This document shows, piece after piece, positions 28,205 to 37,897 of a DNA stretch of 64,000 bases. The stretch spans positions 1-64,000 of the IMG/VR virus record IMGVR_UViG_3300037067_018091. One strand, 5' to 3'. This DNA comes from a virus (taxonomy: Duplodnaviria > Caudoviricetes). The notes below the pieces were generated by a model. That model searched no databases. It saw only the letters and a program-made list of their open reading frames with translations, and was not told the DNA's origin. The first letter of the stretch is position 1. Every line of letters begins with the position of its first letter. A program made the position numbers and the translations under genes.

Positions 28205-28642
28205 ATGTGGAAAGCAAAGTTTAAAGATGGTTCAACTCTCCAAGAATTTGATGATTCTGGAAAAAATGAAGTACTTTTTGGAAAAGTGATGGCTCGTGTA
28301 ACAGAATTAGAAACTCTTTCAATTCTTTTAACTTCTTCTAAAAGTTTTACAATTCGTTTTACCGATGGCCGATTTACCTTATCTAATAATGGTGTAGATA
28401 TTCATATTTATGGATTTGATTTTCAAAAATATGATATTTTTAAATTAACGAATATACGGCCAATTTATTTTGTTCGTGAAACCGTAGATTTTAACATTGG
28501 CGCGCGTAAAGGTTTGCAAGTTGCATCTCAACCGCAGATTAATTTTATTGCATTAGGATTTCAAGCAAATTATGAGAATAAAAATATTAAACGATATTTG
28601 TTAATTTCTCCGGGTGGAGATAGTTTAATTAAGGACGAATAA
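28205..28642 (+). CDS. hypothetical protein
   Basis: GGAG RBS, 145 aa. Confidence 0.75.
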   Translation: MWKAKFKDGSTLQEFDDSGKNEVLFGKVMARVTELETLSILLTSSKSFTIRFTDGRFTLSNNGVDIHIYGFDFQKYDIFKLTNIRPIYFVRETVDFNIGARKGLQVASQPQINFIALGFQANYENKNIKRYLLISPGGDSLIKDE

Positions 28643-29424
28643 TGCAAATTTTATATCGGGATAAGACAGAGCGCATCTGGACAGATTTTAAAGATGAAAA
28701 TGGTATTTCTATACAACCATCTGGTAGTATCACTGTAAGTATTCAATATCAAAGTGATGCGACTCCTCGAGTTGCGGCTGCAGTAGCTACGCATTATGCT
28801 AACGGGCAATATTTTTACGAGATTGATGTAGATAGTACTTGGCCATATGGGTATTATGGTGCATTTTGGCAAGCGGATCAATCTGGATTAATTCTTGCTG
28901 CAGATGTTCCAAATGTATTTAAAATAGAAAGTACTAATGAGTCGATCATAAAAGGAATTATGCTTGAACGTGTACGGTCTCAATTATATATGCATGAAGA
29001 TATGGGCGGATTTATAAATAAATTTCCACGAAATCGAGAACTATTAGATCATTTACAAACAAGCTTAAATTGGTGGAATGCTTATCCACCTGCAATAACA
29101 TTTCATTCATTTCTTGATGTGCCTCAACCATATTATTCTATTATTGAAGAAGGCGCTGTTATAAATGCATTAGTTGCTATTGGGGTATTTGAAGCGGGTA
29201 AACATTTTATTTATAATGATAACGGAATTTCATTAACTCGTGATCGTAGCGGTAAATATCAAGCAATTTTTAATCAATTGATGACGAGTTATATACAAAA
29301 TTTAAAAGCCATGCGTACAAAATATGCACTTGATCATGTAATCGCGCGCGGATTATTCTCTAGTACTACTGGTTTCCCGAGAAGTTTGTCTCGTGCGCTC
29401 AGAGGCGTGAGCAAGTTCGCATAG
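28642..29424 (+). CDS. putative head-tail adaptor/neck protein
   Basis: N-terminal Ig-like part and helical C-terminal part (NDNGISLTRDRSGKY); position after capsid genes. Confidence 0.6.
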   Translation: MQILYRDKTERIWTDFKDENGISIQPSGSITVSIQYQSDATPRVAAAVATHYANGQYFYEIDVDSTWPYGYYGAFWQADQSGLILAADVPNVFKIESTNESIIKGIMLERVRSQLYMHEDMGGFINKFPRNRELLDHLQTSLNWWNAYPPAITFHSFLDVPQPYYSIIEEGAVINALVAIGVFEAGKHFIYNDNGISLTRDRSGKYQAIFNQLMTSYIQNLKAMRTKYALDHVIARGLFSSTTGFPRSLSRALRGVSKFA

Positions 29425-29474
29425 AACTTGTTGAATAACAATAAGTTAACTATACTAATAGAGATTATAGTTTT

Positions 29475-29732
29475 ATGATAAAACAAGAAAAGTGTATAGA
29501 ATTTCGTAAGTTATTTGAAGAAGGGCATCTTACTATTGTTGATATCGCGCGGATGTATAAAGTATCAGATGGTACTGTTCGTCGATCTATTGTTAGAGCA
29601 GGTGGCAATATTCCAATTCCTGTAGGACGAAAATATTCGACTGAGCTAGTTAAAAAATGGGCGGATCTTTCTGGATGTATGGGATTTACTATTGGTGAAG
29701 AGAAGCCAGCGAAAGAAAAAAGGAACTATTAG
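29475..29732 (+). CDS. helix-turn-helix protein
   Basis: LTIVDIARMYKVSDGTVRRSI. Confidence 0.7.
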   Translation: MIKQEKCIEFRKLFEEGHLTIVDIARMYKVSDGTVRRSIVRAGGNIPIPVGRKYSTELVKKWADLSGCMGFTIGEEKPAKEKRNY

Positions 29733-29873
29733 CCTTAAATAAGGATCTTCAGATGTATGGAAAACTCGCACAACAGGTTGGATTTATCACTGATCTTTCT
29801 CAATGGCAAATGAAAGTAAATCATGGAATGTATCAAGTTCCGCAGATAACCGTACAAAAACCTGAGAATAAAA

Positions 29874-30803
29874 ATGTCTCCAATTATAAATAGTGGAAAT
29901 CCTCTCTCACCGGGTGAGAATTTATTTACTGATTGTGAAATTGGATTAGATAAAGAAATTATCGCTTATATAAAGGAAAACCATACTCTTCAAGTGAGAA
30001 TTGGTGCAGAACCATTTTATTTATTTCAACGAATAGATCAAGGAGAGTTAATAAGTCGTTCGGTCGTTAGATGGGCTACGGCTGCTCCACAATATTCTGC
30101 AATAATTTGGCAACCTGGAGATAGTGATACACTTCATCCAAATCATAGGATACAAACAAATCATTGGACATTATTTAATAATGCTTCTCCAATGACAAGA
30201 GTATATGATAAGGATTCTATTGCGTATGATAATGAATATGCAATAGAATTTTTACGCTCAAATTCTGAAAGTACGTTTGGAACAGTTAAAGTTTGGTTTA
30301 ATAATAATTTTGTACCGACAAATGTTTCATATTCATTTCGAAATTTGTGTATTTGTGTAGATGCTACAACAGGATATCCAAATAGAGAATGTCCGCTTTG
30401 TCGTGGAACAAGTTATCCTGCAGCATTTACGCTTTATACATGTGCTGCTTCTAAATATAAACCAACAAATACAATTTTAGTACGTGTTCCTATGATAAAA
30501 CAGGAAGATCCTGTGGAACAAGTTGGTAGAATTCGTAGACGTGATACATTTCATTGGACTGAAGCAGATCCATATGTTAATAATTATGATTTAATTATGG
30601 GGACAATAGGAAACGATGCGGGCGTTTTATTTGAAATTGTTCGTAAAGCGGATAGTAGATGGCGTGGAATTTTAACGCATCAAGAATTTGATACTGTACG
30701 TATTGAAGATAGCGATATTCGTTATCAACTTGCACCTATTTCAATAATTCCAAAGATAACTGAAATTGCAACAATTACATCAGATGCGGTTATTACAGTA
30801 TGA
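29874..30803 (+). CDS. putative neck/head-closure protein with zinc finger
   Basis: CIC..RECPLCRGT; position before tail completion gene. Confidence 0.6.
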   Translation: MSPIINSGNPLSPGENLFTDCEIGLDKEIIAYIKENHTLQVRIGAEPFYLFQRIDQGELISRSVVRWATAAPQYSAIIWQPGDSDTLHPNHRIQTNHWTLFNNASPMTRVYDKDSIAYDNEYAIEFLRSNSESTFGTVKVWFNNNFVPTNVSYSFRNLCICVDATTGYPNRECPLCRGTSYPAAFTLYTCAASKYKPTNTILVRVPMIKQEDPVEQVGRIRRRDTFHWTEADPYVNNYDLIMGTIGNDAGVLFEIVRKADSRWRGILTHQEFDTVRIEDSDIRYQLAPISIIPKITEIATITSDAVITV

Positions 30804-31888
30804 GTTTAGAATTTAGACAATCGAGAGATATCAAACAAGTTTTTGTAGAATTTGTAAATAAAATCTTTCATTTAAATTCTCAATGGATAAATGTAGATAC
30901 TGAAGTTATATCTGTATCTGCGGAAAATGCTCCAAATGCGTACGAACAATATCCATGGGACAATGAAAAATATCCAATAGTCGTATGTTTATCTGATGGA
31001 TCTTCCGATGATCATTGGGCAATAGATTCGCGCATTGGAAATTTTTGGGAAACTTTACGTGTAGGTTCTGCTGCAAGAGATTATGTTCAACTCGGGAATA
31101 ATCCAGTTGCGTTTGGAGTACATATAGATGATACTCCATTAACGCTTCGACAAGTAAAATTACCTCTTTTGTATCTTGGACCTTATGAAGAATCCGTTGG
31201 AATTACTCTTTGGTCTTCAGGCTCTTTAGGTCCTGCGGTTAAATTAGCTAGTGGAAGTATTAATCCGGGGAGAAATGCTAATTATAAATGGTACCAGACG
31301 GGCATGTATGATTTAGCTAGTGATAATGTAATACTTACGGCTAATACGAATTATTTTATTTCGGTTAAAGTATTGAGTGGTTCGTATGCATTGATGTTGG
31401 ATAATGCTCCAAAACCATCAATTACACCTTTTGTAAGATATTTACAATTTAATGGTACTAATTGGAATATAGATTATACCAAAACAGGGTACGCATTATT
31501 AAACGGCCCGATTTATAGACGCCTCGGCGGTGGTCTTCAAAGTAATATTCGACTTTTTATAGAGGCAAAAGATCTTTCTACTACCCAGAAAATTGCAGAA
31601 TTACTTTTTATTTATTTACACTTACAAAAGCACTCTAATGTAAAACGTAAAATTAAACAGACATTAGAATCGAATCAAACTGGGATGGAATACGATTTTG
31701 TAAGTAATTTATCTGAAAAAGGTATTTTTATTATTGATGTTAATAAAGGTGGCGAAAATGTTCGAAATCGTGGAAATGACCGCCTTTTTTCTATAGAATT
31801 GACCATTACTTGCTATAGTGCATGGACTGAGGACTTTGTACTACCTGAATTGAAGGATATAAATACAGATGATATAGGTTCTTTTTAA
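30800..31888 (+). CDS. putative tail completion/terminator protein
   Basis: EQYP...YPIVV N-terminus and inserted beta domain; directly before sheath. Confidence 0.55.
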   Translation: MSLEFRQSRDIKQVFVEFVNKIFHLNSQWINVDTEVISVSAENAPNAYEQYPWDNEKYPIVVCLSDGSSDDHWAIDSRIGNFWETLRVGSAARDYVQLGNNPVAFGVHIDDTPLTLRQVKLPLLYLGPYEESVGITLWSSGSLGPAVKLASGSINPGRNANYKWYQTGMYDLASDNVILTANTNYFISVKVLSGSYALMLDNAPKPSITPFVRYLQFNGTNWNIDYTKTGYALLNGPIYRRLGGGLQSNIRLFIEAKDLSTTQKIAELLFIYLHLQKHSNVKRKIKQTLESNQTGMEYDFVSNLSEKGIFIIDVNKGGENVRNRGNDRLFSIELTITCYSAWTEDFVLPELKDINTDDIGSF

Positions 31889-31961
31889 AACGACCTATAT
31901 TATAAATGTATAGTTGGCGCTTTTGAAAATATTTTGTTTATCATAATTTTTGGAGGTTAAC

Positions 31962-33353
31962 ATGGCTTATACACCACCGAGTGTACGAGTTACAAGTATT
32001 GCGAATAGCCGAATAATTAATATTTCCGGTGATGTTCGTATTCCTGCAATTGTTGGTGAAGGTCCGTCTGTACGTACGGTCACTGATCAGGCAATTGTGC
32101 GCGGATCAGGCGCGGGCCCGGATCTTTTAAATATTACTCCAAGCGGTAGCGCAGGAACTGTAACATTAACTCGTGTATCTCCCTATCCGGGAGCAACTTC
32201 AAGCTATTCAGCTTGGGATAATCGCTATTCACTTTCTGGATCGTTTGGTGATGTTTATTGGGATCCAGGTGCAGTTCAAGGAAGTACGGCGCCGCGCCGG
32301 GGTGAAATTTATTATGTCTCATATGTTTATCCTGTGCCCGCCACTCAATTTGATCCAGTAATTTTTACGGATTCGAATGATATCATCGCCGCATATGGAG
32401 CTGAAAGTGCTTTAAATAAGTTAACGGTTGCTGCAAATATGGCATTAGAAAATGGTGCACCCGCAGTACTTTGTTTACAAGTTTCAGGATCTGGATCATC
32501 GTTGGCTAATTGGCAAAGTGCTTTAAATAAGTTAAGAAAGAAAGATAATATCGCGTATGTTGTACCTATTACAACAGACGTTGCCGTAACGGGTATCGTT
32601 GCTGCAGTCGTTCAACATTGTAATGAACAATCTTCTCCAGATATTGGACATGAGCGTGAAGCGATTGTCGGTATGGATAGTGCGGCAACTGTAGATACTA
32701 CTGTTACTAAATCTACTGCATTAGATGATAAGCGCGCAATTTTAGTTGCTCCGGGCGTATCAGTTACTCGTACTACCGCGGCTGGTACAACGTTAACTCT
32801 AGACGGATCATATATAGCTGCGGCACTTGCGGGATTAATTACTGCGCAAGCAAAACCAATTCAACCTGTTACAGGAAAAATAATTACAGGATTTGTAATT
32901 CCCGATGATCAATATGAACCGTATGAGATGAATCGAATGGGGGCAGCCGGTGCGACAGTTATTTATGCTAAATCGGGTATAAATAAAGTTAGACATGCTG
33001 TGACGACTGATCCTACTTCTTCAGATACTTTTGAAATTTCTGTAGTTGCCGCAGATGATTTAGTTCGTAGAATTACACGACAAAAATTAACTGATGCGTA
33101 TATCGGTAAAGGTCTTGTAATTACGGCGAGCACTCCGGCGCAAGTTGAAGGTACCGTTAAGGCAATTTGGAATTCACTTGTTAGAGATGGTTTAATTTTT
33201 GAATATGGTACGAAAAATAATCCTACTACAGGAGAGGTACCTATTTCAGCTGCGCAAGATCCAAATGAGCCGACTCGTATTAATGTAACTGGATCAGTTA
33301 AGTTTTTGTATCCACTTAACTATATCAGTTTAGAATTTTATATCTATGTGTAA
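31962..33353 (+). CDS. tail sheath protein
   Basis: MAYTPPSVRV, ALENGAPAV, C-terminal AADDLVR..YIG..PLNYISLEF; GGAGG RBS. Confidence 0.9.
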   Translation: MAYTPPSVRVTSIANSRIINISGDVRIPAIVGEGPSVRTVTDQAIVRGSGAGPDLLNITPSGSAGTVTLTRVSPYPGATSSYSAWDNRYSLSGSFGDVYWDPGAVQGSTAPRRGEIYYVSYVYPVPATQFDPVIFTDSNDIIAAYGAESALNKLTVAANMALENGAPAVLCLQVSGSGSSLANWQSALNKLRKKDNIAYVVPITTDVAVTGIVAAVVQHCNEQSSPDIGHEREAIVGMDSAATVDTTVTKSTALDDKRAILVAPGVSVTRTTAAGTTLTLDGSYIAAALAGLITAQAKPIQPVTGKIITGFVIPDDQYEPYEMNRMGAAGATVIYAKSGINKVRHAVTTDPTSSDTFEISVVAADDLVRRITRQKLTDAYIGKGLVITASTPAQVEGTVKAIWNSLVRDGLIFEYGTKNNPTTGEVPISAAQDPNEPTRINVTGSVKFLYPLNYISLEFYIYV

Positions 33354-33375
33354 ACTAATAAAGAGGTAATTTATT

Positions 33376-33858
33376 ATGGCAAGATTGCCCGTCACACGAT
33401 CAGAAGTTTTTTATTCGTATGAAATACAGATTAATAACATTCCGGTAGGAACGTTAAAATCTTTTACTCCGCGTCATACGAGAACTCATGAAATTGTGCG
33501 TGAAATTTCAACAAATGGTGGAGAGATCGTTGAAATCGCTCCTGGTGTACCTACTTATCAACTTACTTTGAATAAAGTACGGTTATACGAAGATACATTA
33601 TTAGATTTTTTTGGTGTTGTATCTCAAGATATTCAAAAACAAGTACAAGCAATTAATATTATTGAAACCGTTTGGCAGCCCGACAGCACTATTCAAAATG
33701 ATCAAATCACTGGACCGGCAGAAGCAGATTCTTCAGGAACCCGCCTTCGTACAATTACATACGAAGATTGTTGGATCATAGAGTGGGGGAAAACTGTTTC
33801 ATCTGATGGAATTCTGATTGTTGAAGATATGACTGTTCAGTGTACGCGCGTAGTTTAA
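33376..33858 (+). CDS. tail tube protein
   Basis: follows sheath; VGTLKSF, LTLNKVRLY, TITYEDCWI. Confidence 0.82.
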   Translation: MARLPVTRSEVFYSYEIQINNIPVGTLKSFTPRHTRTHEIVREISTNGGEIVEIAPGVPTYQLTLNKVRLYEDTLLDFFGVVSQDIQKQVQAINIIETVWQPDSTIQNDQITGPAEADSSGTRLRTITYEDCWIIEWGKTVSSDGILIVEDMTVQCTRVV

Positions 33859-33899
33859 TTTTAATAAGTATCGACATTTATAGATAAGAAGGAGTTGTT

Positions 33900-34439
33900 A
33901 TGGCGTCTATCCTAGAAAAGTTAGGTATAGCAACTTGTGGTTTAGAACAAACTATTACTCCATTTAAATCTTGGAAAGAAAGCCCCGTTAAAGAATGGAA
34001 GATAGTTCTACGTATGCTCACTACAGGTGAATTAGTCGAATTAGCGGAAAAAACTGCACATACTGCATCATCTGCTGTAGGAATTTCATATTTGAGTAAA
34101 GTATATTTATTAGCTACCGCTTTAGTAAGTATTAATAATCAACCGGTTGCGACAGATGAAGATGTAGAAAATCATAATAAAGAATATAGTCTTTTTGGAG
34201 CGCAAAAGATTTCTTTATATGATTACAAAGTAATTTTAATTAAAAAGTTATCGGAACCAGTTGTAAATACTTTAGTGATCGCTTATGATAGTGTACAAGA
34301 TCAGTATATGCGAAAACATTTCGGTGAAAATATTGTAGATTCTCAACAACAAAAATCAGATTTAGATTTATTAAGTAAGGTACCGAATAATGAATCCCCT
34401 GAAGCTTCCCCAGAACGCGGCGAAACAAGCAGTAATTGA
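33900..34439 (+). CDS. putative tail assembly chaperone
   Basis: between tube and tape measure; LRMLTTGE. Confidence 0.6.
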   Translation: MASILEKLGIATCGLEQTITPFKSWKESPVKEWKIVLRMLTTGELVELAEKTAHTASSAVGISYLSKVYLLATALVSINNQPVATDEDVENHNKEYSLFGAQKISLYDYKVILIKKLSEPVVNTLVIAYDSVQDQYMRKHFGENIVDSQQQKSDLDLLSKVPNNESPEASPERGETSSN

Positions 34440-35058
34440 GGGAATATTACCTAAGTATCCTATTGAAGTTTTTAATATTCCATTTATAATTCATTTTATT
34501 GATACTCCTTCAGCGCCGGGTGCGTTTGCACAATTACACTATTTTGAACAAATAATATCATGTAAAGGATTTTCGGGAAAAGAATTTGTAAAAGATCTTC
34601 CACCAATATTTTATCAAGAAATTATTAGAATTTTTTGTGATATTCAACCTGTTATAGGTGCTCAATTATTGCAACAGCTTGATGAATTTCTTGAAACTGA
34701 TGAATCACGTAATTATTGGGAACTTTTTAAAATTACTCGTCCTGAATTAGTTGTAAATATTAACGAACGTTTAAATTTTTTACAACGTAAATGGATTTTA
34801 GTTAATGTTCAAAAAGATAAGCAGGATACTGTACAACTCATTGGACAAATATTTGATGCCATTAAACCATGGCTTAATTCTGAATTATATCAACGCGTTC
34901 AAGAAGTAGAAGAAAGTCAGCGGGAAAATGTATTTTATGATGATGCTAATATAGAAAAAATTGATGCACGGATTCGAGCAAAAGCTAAAAAATTTAAACA
35001 ATCGCCACAAAAATTAACAAATGATTTAGATGAAATTTCAATTGATGAAGGTAAATAA
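34390..35058 (+). CDS. putative tail assembly protein
   Basis: own TAAGG RBS and ATG; precedes tape measure. Confidence 0.6.
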   Translation: MNPLKLPQNAAKQAVIEGILPKYPIEVFNIPFIIHFIDTPSAPGAFAQLHYFEQIISCKGFSGKEFVKDLPPIFYQEIIRIFCDIQPVIGAQLLQQLDEFLETDESRNYWELFKITRPELVVNINERLNFLQRKWILVNVQKDKQDTVQLIGQIFDAIKPWLNSELYQRVQEVEESQRENVFYDDANIEKIDARIRAKAKKFKQSPQKLTNDLDEISIDEGK

Positions 35059-36932
35059 TGGCTGATAATTTTCAAGGTGGCGAAGATCTTTATAAAAGTG
35101 GCCGACAAGAACAAGATCCAAAACATTTAGCGGAAATAGTTAAACAGTATTTAGAGATAATTAAAGCCAATAAAGAGCTTGAAGCACTTACCCTTAAGCA
35201 AACAAAATCTTTAGCCGCACAAGAAAAAAATTACGAACGTCTTGAAAAACGATTAACCTCATTACGAACTAAAGCAATCGACCCAGTTGTAAAAGCAATA
35301 GATTCCCTTACAACTAAATTTACCGGAAGTAGTGGAATTAATCAAGCGATCACTAAATTTACTGGGGCAACTACAGATTCTATTTTTCAAGTCGATAAAA
35401 TAAATGATAAAGTAAGTTTTTTTGGTCGCACGTTAGATATTTCTGCTACTACAGCGCTTCGATATACTGCAGCGATTCAACTTATTATTGCAGCAACACT
35501 TAAATATTTAGAATTTCAAGATAAAGCGCAAAAACAACAGGGTGTGTTAATGAAATCATTCGCGCAGACGGATATTTCTATTTCAGGAACTTATGATCGC
35601 GCCGCGCAAGGATGGCGAGTAGCGGGTAGTACGGGTAAAGATGCTGCTAAAACATTAGATACTGTTATTTCTAAAGCACGTATGACTGGTGCGAAAGAAT
35701 TTTTTAAAGGAATAGATACTACAGAACTTGCAAAAGCTACAGATGAATATAATAAATTATTATATTTAACGTCTACATTTTCTGATAAAGTTCCTGAATT
35801 CATCACCCGACTTTCAGAATCATTTGCGGTACGTAGCCAAACGACTGTCGTTGATCAACTTGAACAATTAGCAATTTTGGCCACTAAATCCGGCGCACCA
35901 GTAGATCAGCTTGGTGAAATGATTTTTAGTCTCGGTGAAAATTTTGCATATTTAGGAATGCAAGTAAAAGATTCTCAAGAAATGGTTGCAGAATTTGCAG
36001 ATGCGGTTGGAAAAAAGGGGATGCCTGCCGCAGTAGGGATGGCGATTGCTTCACAATTTGCGTCAGAATTTCAAACAGCTGCGGGTGTTCCTAATGTTGG
36101 TAAAACTGCGTGGATGGTTTCACAACAATTTAGTAAGCTTCCTGAACCGCTTCAAAAATTGGTCGGGGGGCAACAATTTTTAGAAAAAGATATATATCAA
36201 CAAATGGAGCAATTATATAAATTATCTCCTGCTGAATATACTACACTTAAAGCTACTGCTGGATATCAACAAATGAAAGAAATTGAACGTACTCAAGGAA
36301 CAGTTGCAGCGCGGGCCGCCACCCCGGAATTAACTGCAGTAGAAGCTAGAACATTGCAAGAGTATTTTGAAAAAGCAACTCCAGGAATTACTACAAAAGA
36401 AGAAACTGCAAAAGCGTATGAAGATTTAATTAAAAAAATGCAAGATCAAATAGAGCGTACGGGGGTAACTTCAGCAGATGTAAGAGATGCCATAGATAAA
36501 GAACGAGAAGAATTATCTAGTCGTTTATCAACAATTGCAGAGAGACTGCAGGAATGGCACAGTGGAATTTCTGCGGCGTGGGAAGATGTTAAAGGTACTT
36601 TTGCAGGTAAACAAGAAGGTGTTCGCAGGGATACAAAATTAAGCACACTTAAAAACTTTAGTTTAGCGATATCTGAAAGTCTGGATAATTTAACGAGATT
36701 TGATAATGATCAAGAGGTAGAAGCAGAATTTGAGCGCCGGTTTCCGCCTAAATTACCATCGAAAATTACGAAGCCTAAGAAGTCTACTACAGTAGAAACT
36801 GAAGGAAATGACGTCATTACTTCTGATGGAAAACGTATTAAAGTTACAAATATAATTACATATGATCCACAAGCAAGTGCTCCTACAGGTAAAGTTTCAC
36901 GTTCGCAAATGCATCAACCTAATAAGGAATAA
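35058..36932 (+). CDS. tape measure-like protein
   Basis: 624 aa helical, Ala/Lys/Gln-rich, canonical position. Confidence 0.65.
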   Translation: MADNFQGGEDLYKSGRQEQDPKHLAEIVKQYLEIIKANKELEALTLKQTKSLAAQEKNYERLEKRLTSLRTKAIDPVVKAIDSLTTKFTGSSGINQAITKFTGATTDSIFQVDKINDKVSFFGRTLDISATTALRYTAAIQLIIAATLKYLEFQDKAQKQQGVLMKSFAQTDISISGTYDRAAQGWRVAGSTGKDAAKTLDTVISKARMTGAKEFFKGIDTTELAKATDEYNKLLYLTSTFSDKVPEFITRLSESFAVRSQTTVVDQLEQLAILATKSGAPVDQLGEMIFSLGENFAYLGMQVKDSQEMVAEFADAVGKKGMPAAVGMAIASQFASEFQTAAGVPNVGKTAWMVSQQFSKLPEPLQKLVGGQQFLEKDIYQQMEQLYKLSPAEYTTLKATAGYQQMKEIERTQGTVAARAATPELTAVEARTLQEYFEKATPGITTKEETAKAYEDLIKKMQDQIERTGVTSADVRDAIDKEREELSSRLSTIAERLQEWHSGISAAWEDVKGTFAGKQEGVRRDTKLSTLKNFSLAISESLDNLTRFDNDQEVEAEFERRFPPKLPSKITKPKKSTTVETEGNDVITSDGKRIKVTNIITYDPQASAPTGKVSRSQMHQPNKE

Positions 36933-36934
36933 GC

Positions 36935-37897
36935 ATGGCGTCTAAAAAAGAGACATTAAAAATTTATCGACTTGAAACTCGCCCGAGTTATTTAACGTCT
37001 GATGTTCCCGCTAATCAAACAATTCGTGGATATGTAAATTATTACGATGAATTTAAACAATGGGATGTAGAATATACAAAAGATTATTCATCTATAACAC
37101 AATACTATGATTTTATTGGACCTCGAAATTTCTTTACAGATGAAGCTCAATATGGAAATTATAAAGATATAAGTTTTGTGATAGATGGTATTTTTGTTCC
37201 ATATAATCGTGGTACGCACGATTTAACAGAATTGCAAGATCGTATTTATACATTGAGATTTACTTTATCCCAAACAGAAGCAATTCCTATTATTCCTGGA
37301 AATTTAAATAAAATTTATGAAGAAGTTTTTTCATCTATTCCAAAAGTATTAACATTTAGAATTAATCCTACAAATTTACGGCTTATTAAACGTAAATTAT
37401 TCCAACAAATCCGTACTCGTGCTGGATGGGCATTTCAACATTGGGGTCCTCAAATTGGAGAAATAGATTTAGAAGGTGTTACTGGAAATATTCAAGCGAC
37501 TCCTCAAATTCAAATTGGAACTATTGCAGGTATCCCAATTATACCTCAAGTAGTTGATGAAATTCCTACTGAAGAAAATTCTCCCGCGTTGAAAGCGTTT
37601 CGTGAATTAGAGCGTTGGTATGATGAAGATCAAGATGAAAATTTTCAAAGTAAAGGATATTTATCTGCGATTGAATATCGCGGGCGTATTTATGTAGGAC
37701 ATATTGCAGATTTTCAATATGAAGAACGTGAAACAAGTCCTTTTATGCTTTATTATCGAATGAAATTTTTAGTTCACTATGATGCGGGTAATTTACAAGC
37801 GGCAACGAGTCGTGCCCGAAATCAAATTGTACGGAATGAAGAAACGTTAAGATATATTGAGAATTTAAAAAATTCTCCTTCGGAAAGTGAGACATAG
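36935..37897 (+). CDS. baseplate/tail tube initiator-like protein
   Basis: FRINPTNL..RTRAGW..QHWG..IDLEGVTG; position after tape measure. Confidence 0.6.
   Translation: MASKKETLKIYRLETRPSYLTSDVPANQTIRGYVNYYDEFKQWDVEYTKDYSSITQYYDFIGPRNFFTDEAQYGNYKDISFVIDGIFVPYNRGTHDLTELQDRIYTLRFTLSQTEAIPIIPGNLNKIYEEVFSSIPKVLTFRINPTNLRLIKRKLFQQIRTRAGWAFQHWGPQIGEIDLEGVTGNIQATPQIQIGTIAGIPIIPQVVDEIPTEENSPALKAFRELERWYDEDQDENFQSKGYLSAIEYRGRIYVGHIADFQYEERETSPFMLYYRMKFLVHYDAGNLQAATSRARNQIVRNEETLRYIENLKNSPSESET

Noticed and set aside
29700-29890. -1 frameshift extending the HTH ORF into a downstream open frame
   Set aside because: The AAAAAAG run is not phased as X XXY YYZ in the HTH frame; the downstream frame has its own ATG and may be a separate short ORF.
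34370-34439. Programmed frameshift between the two tail chaperone ORFs
   Set aside because: Second ORF is in the +1 frame, is closed by TAA at 34372 just upstream, and has its own RBS and ATG; no slippery heptamer found.
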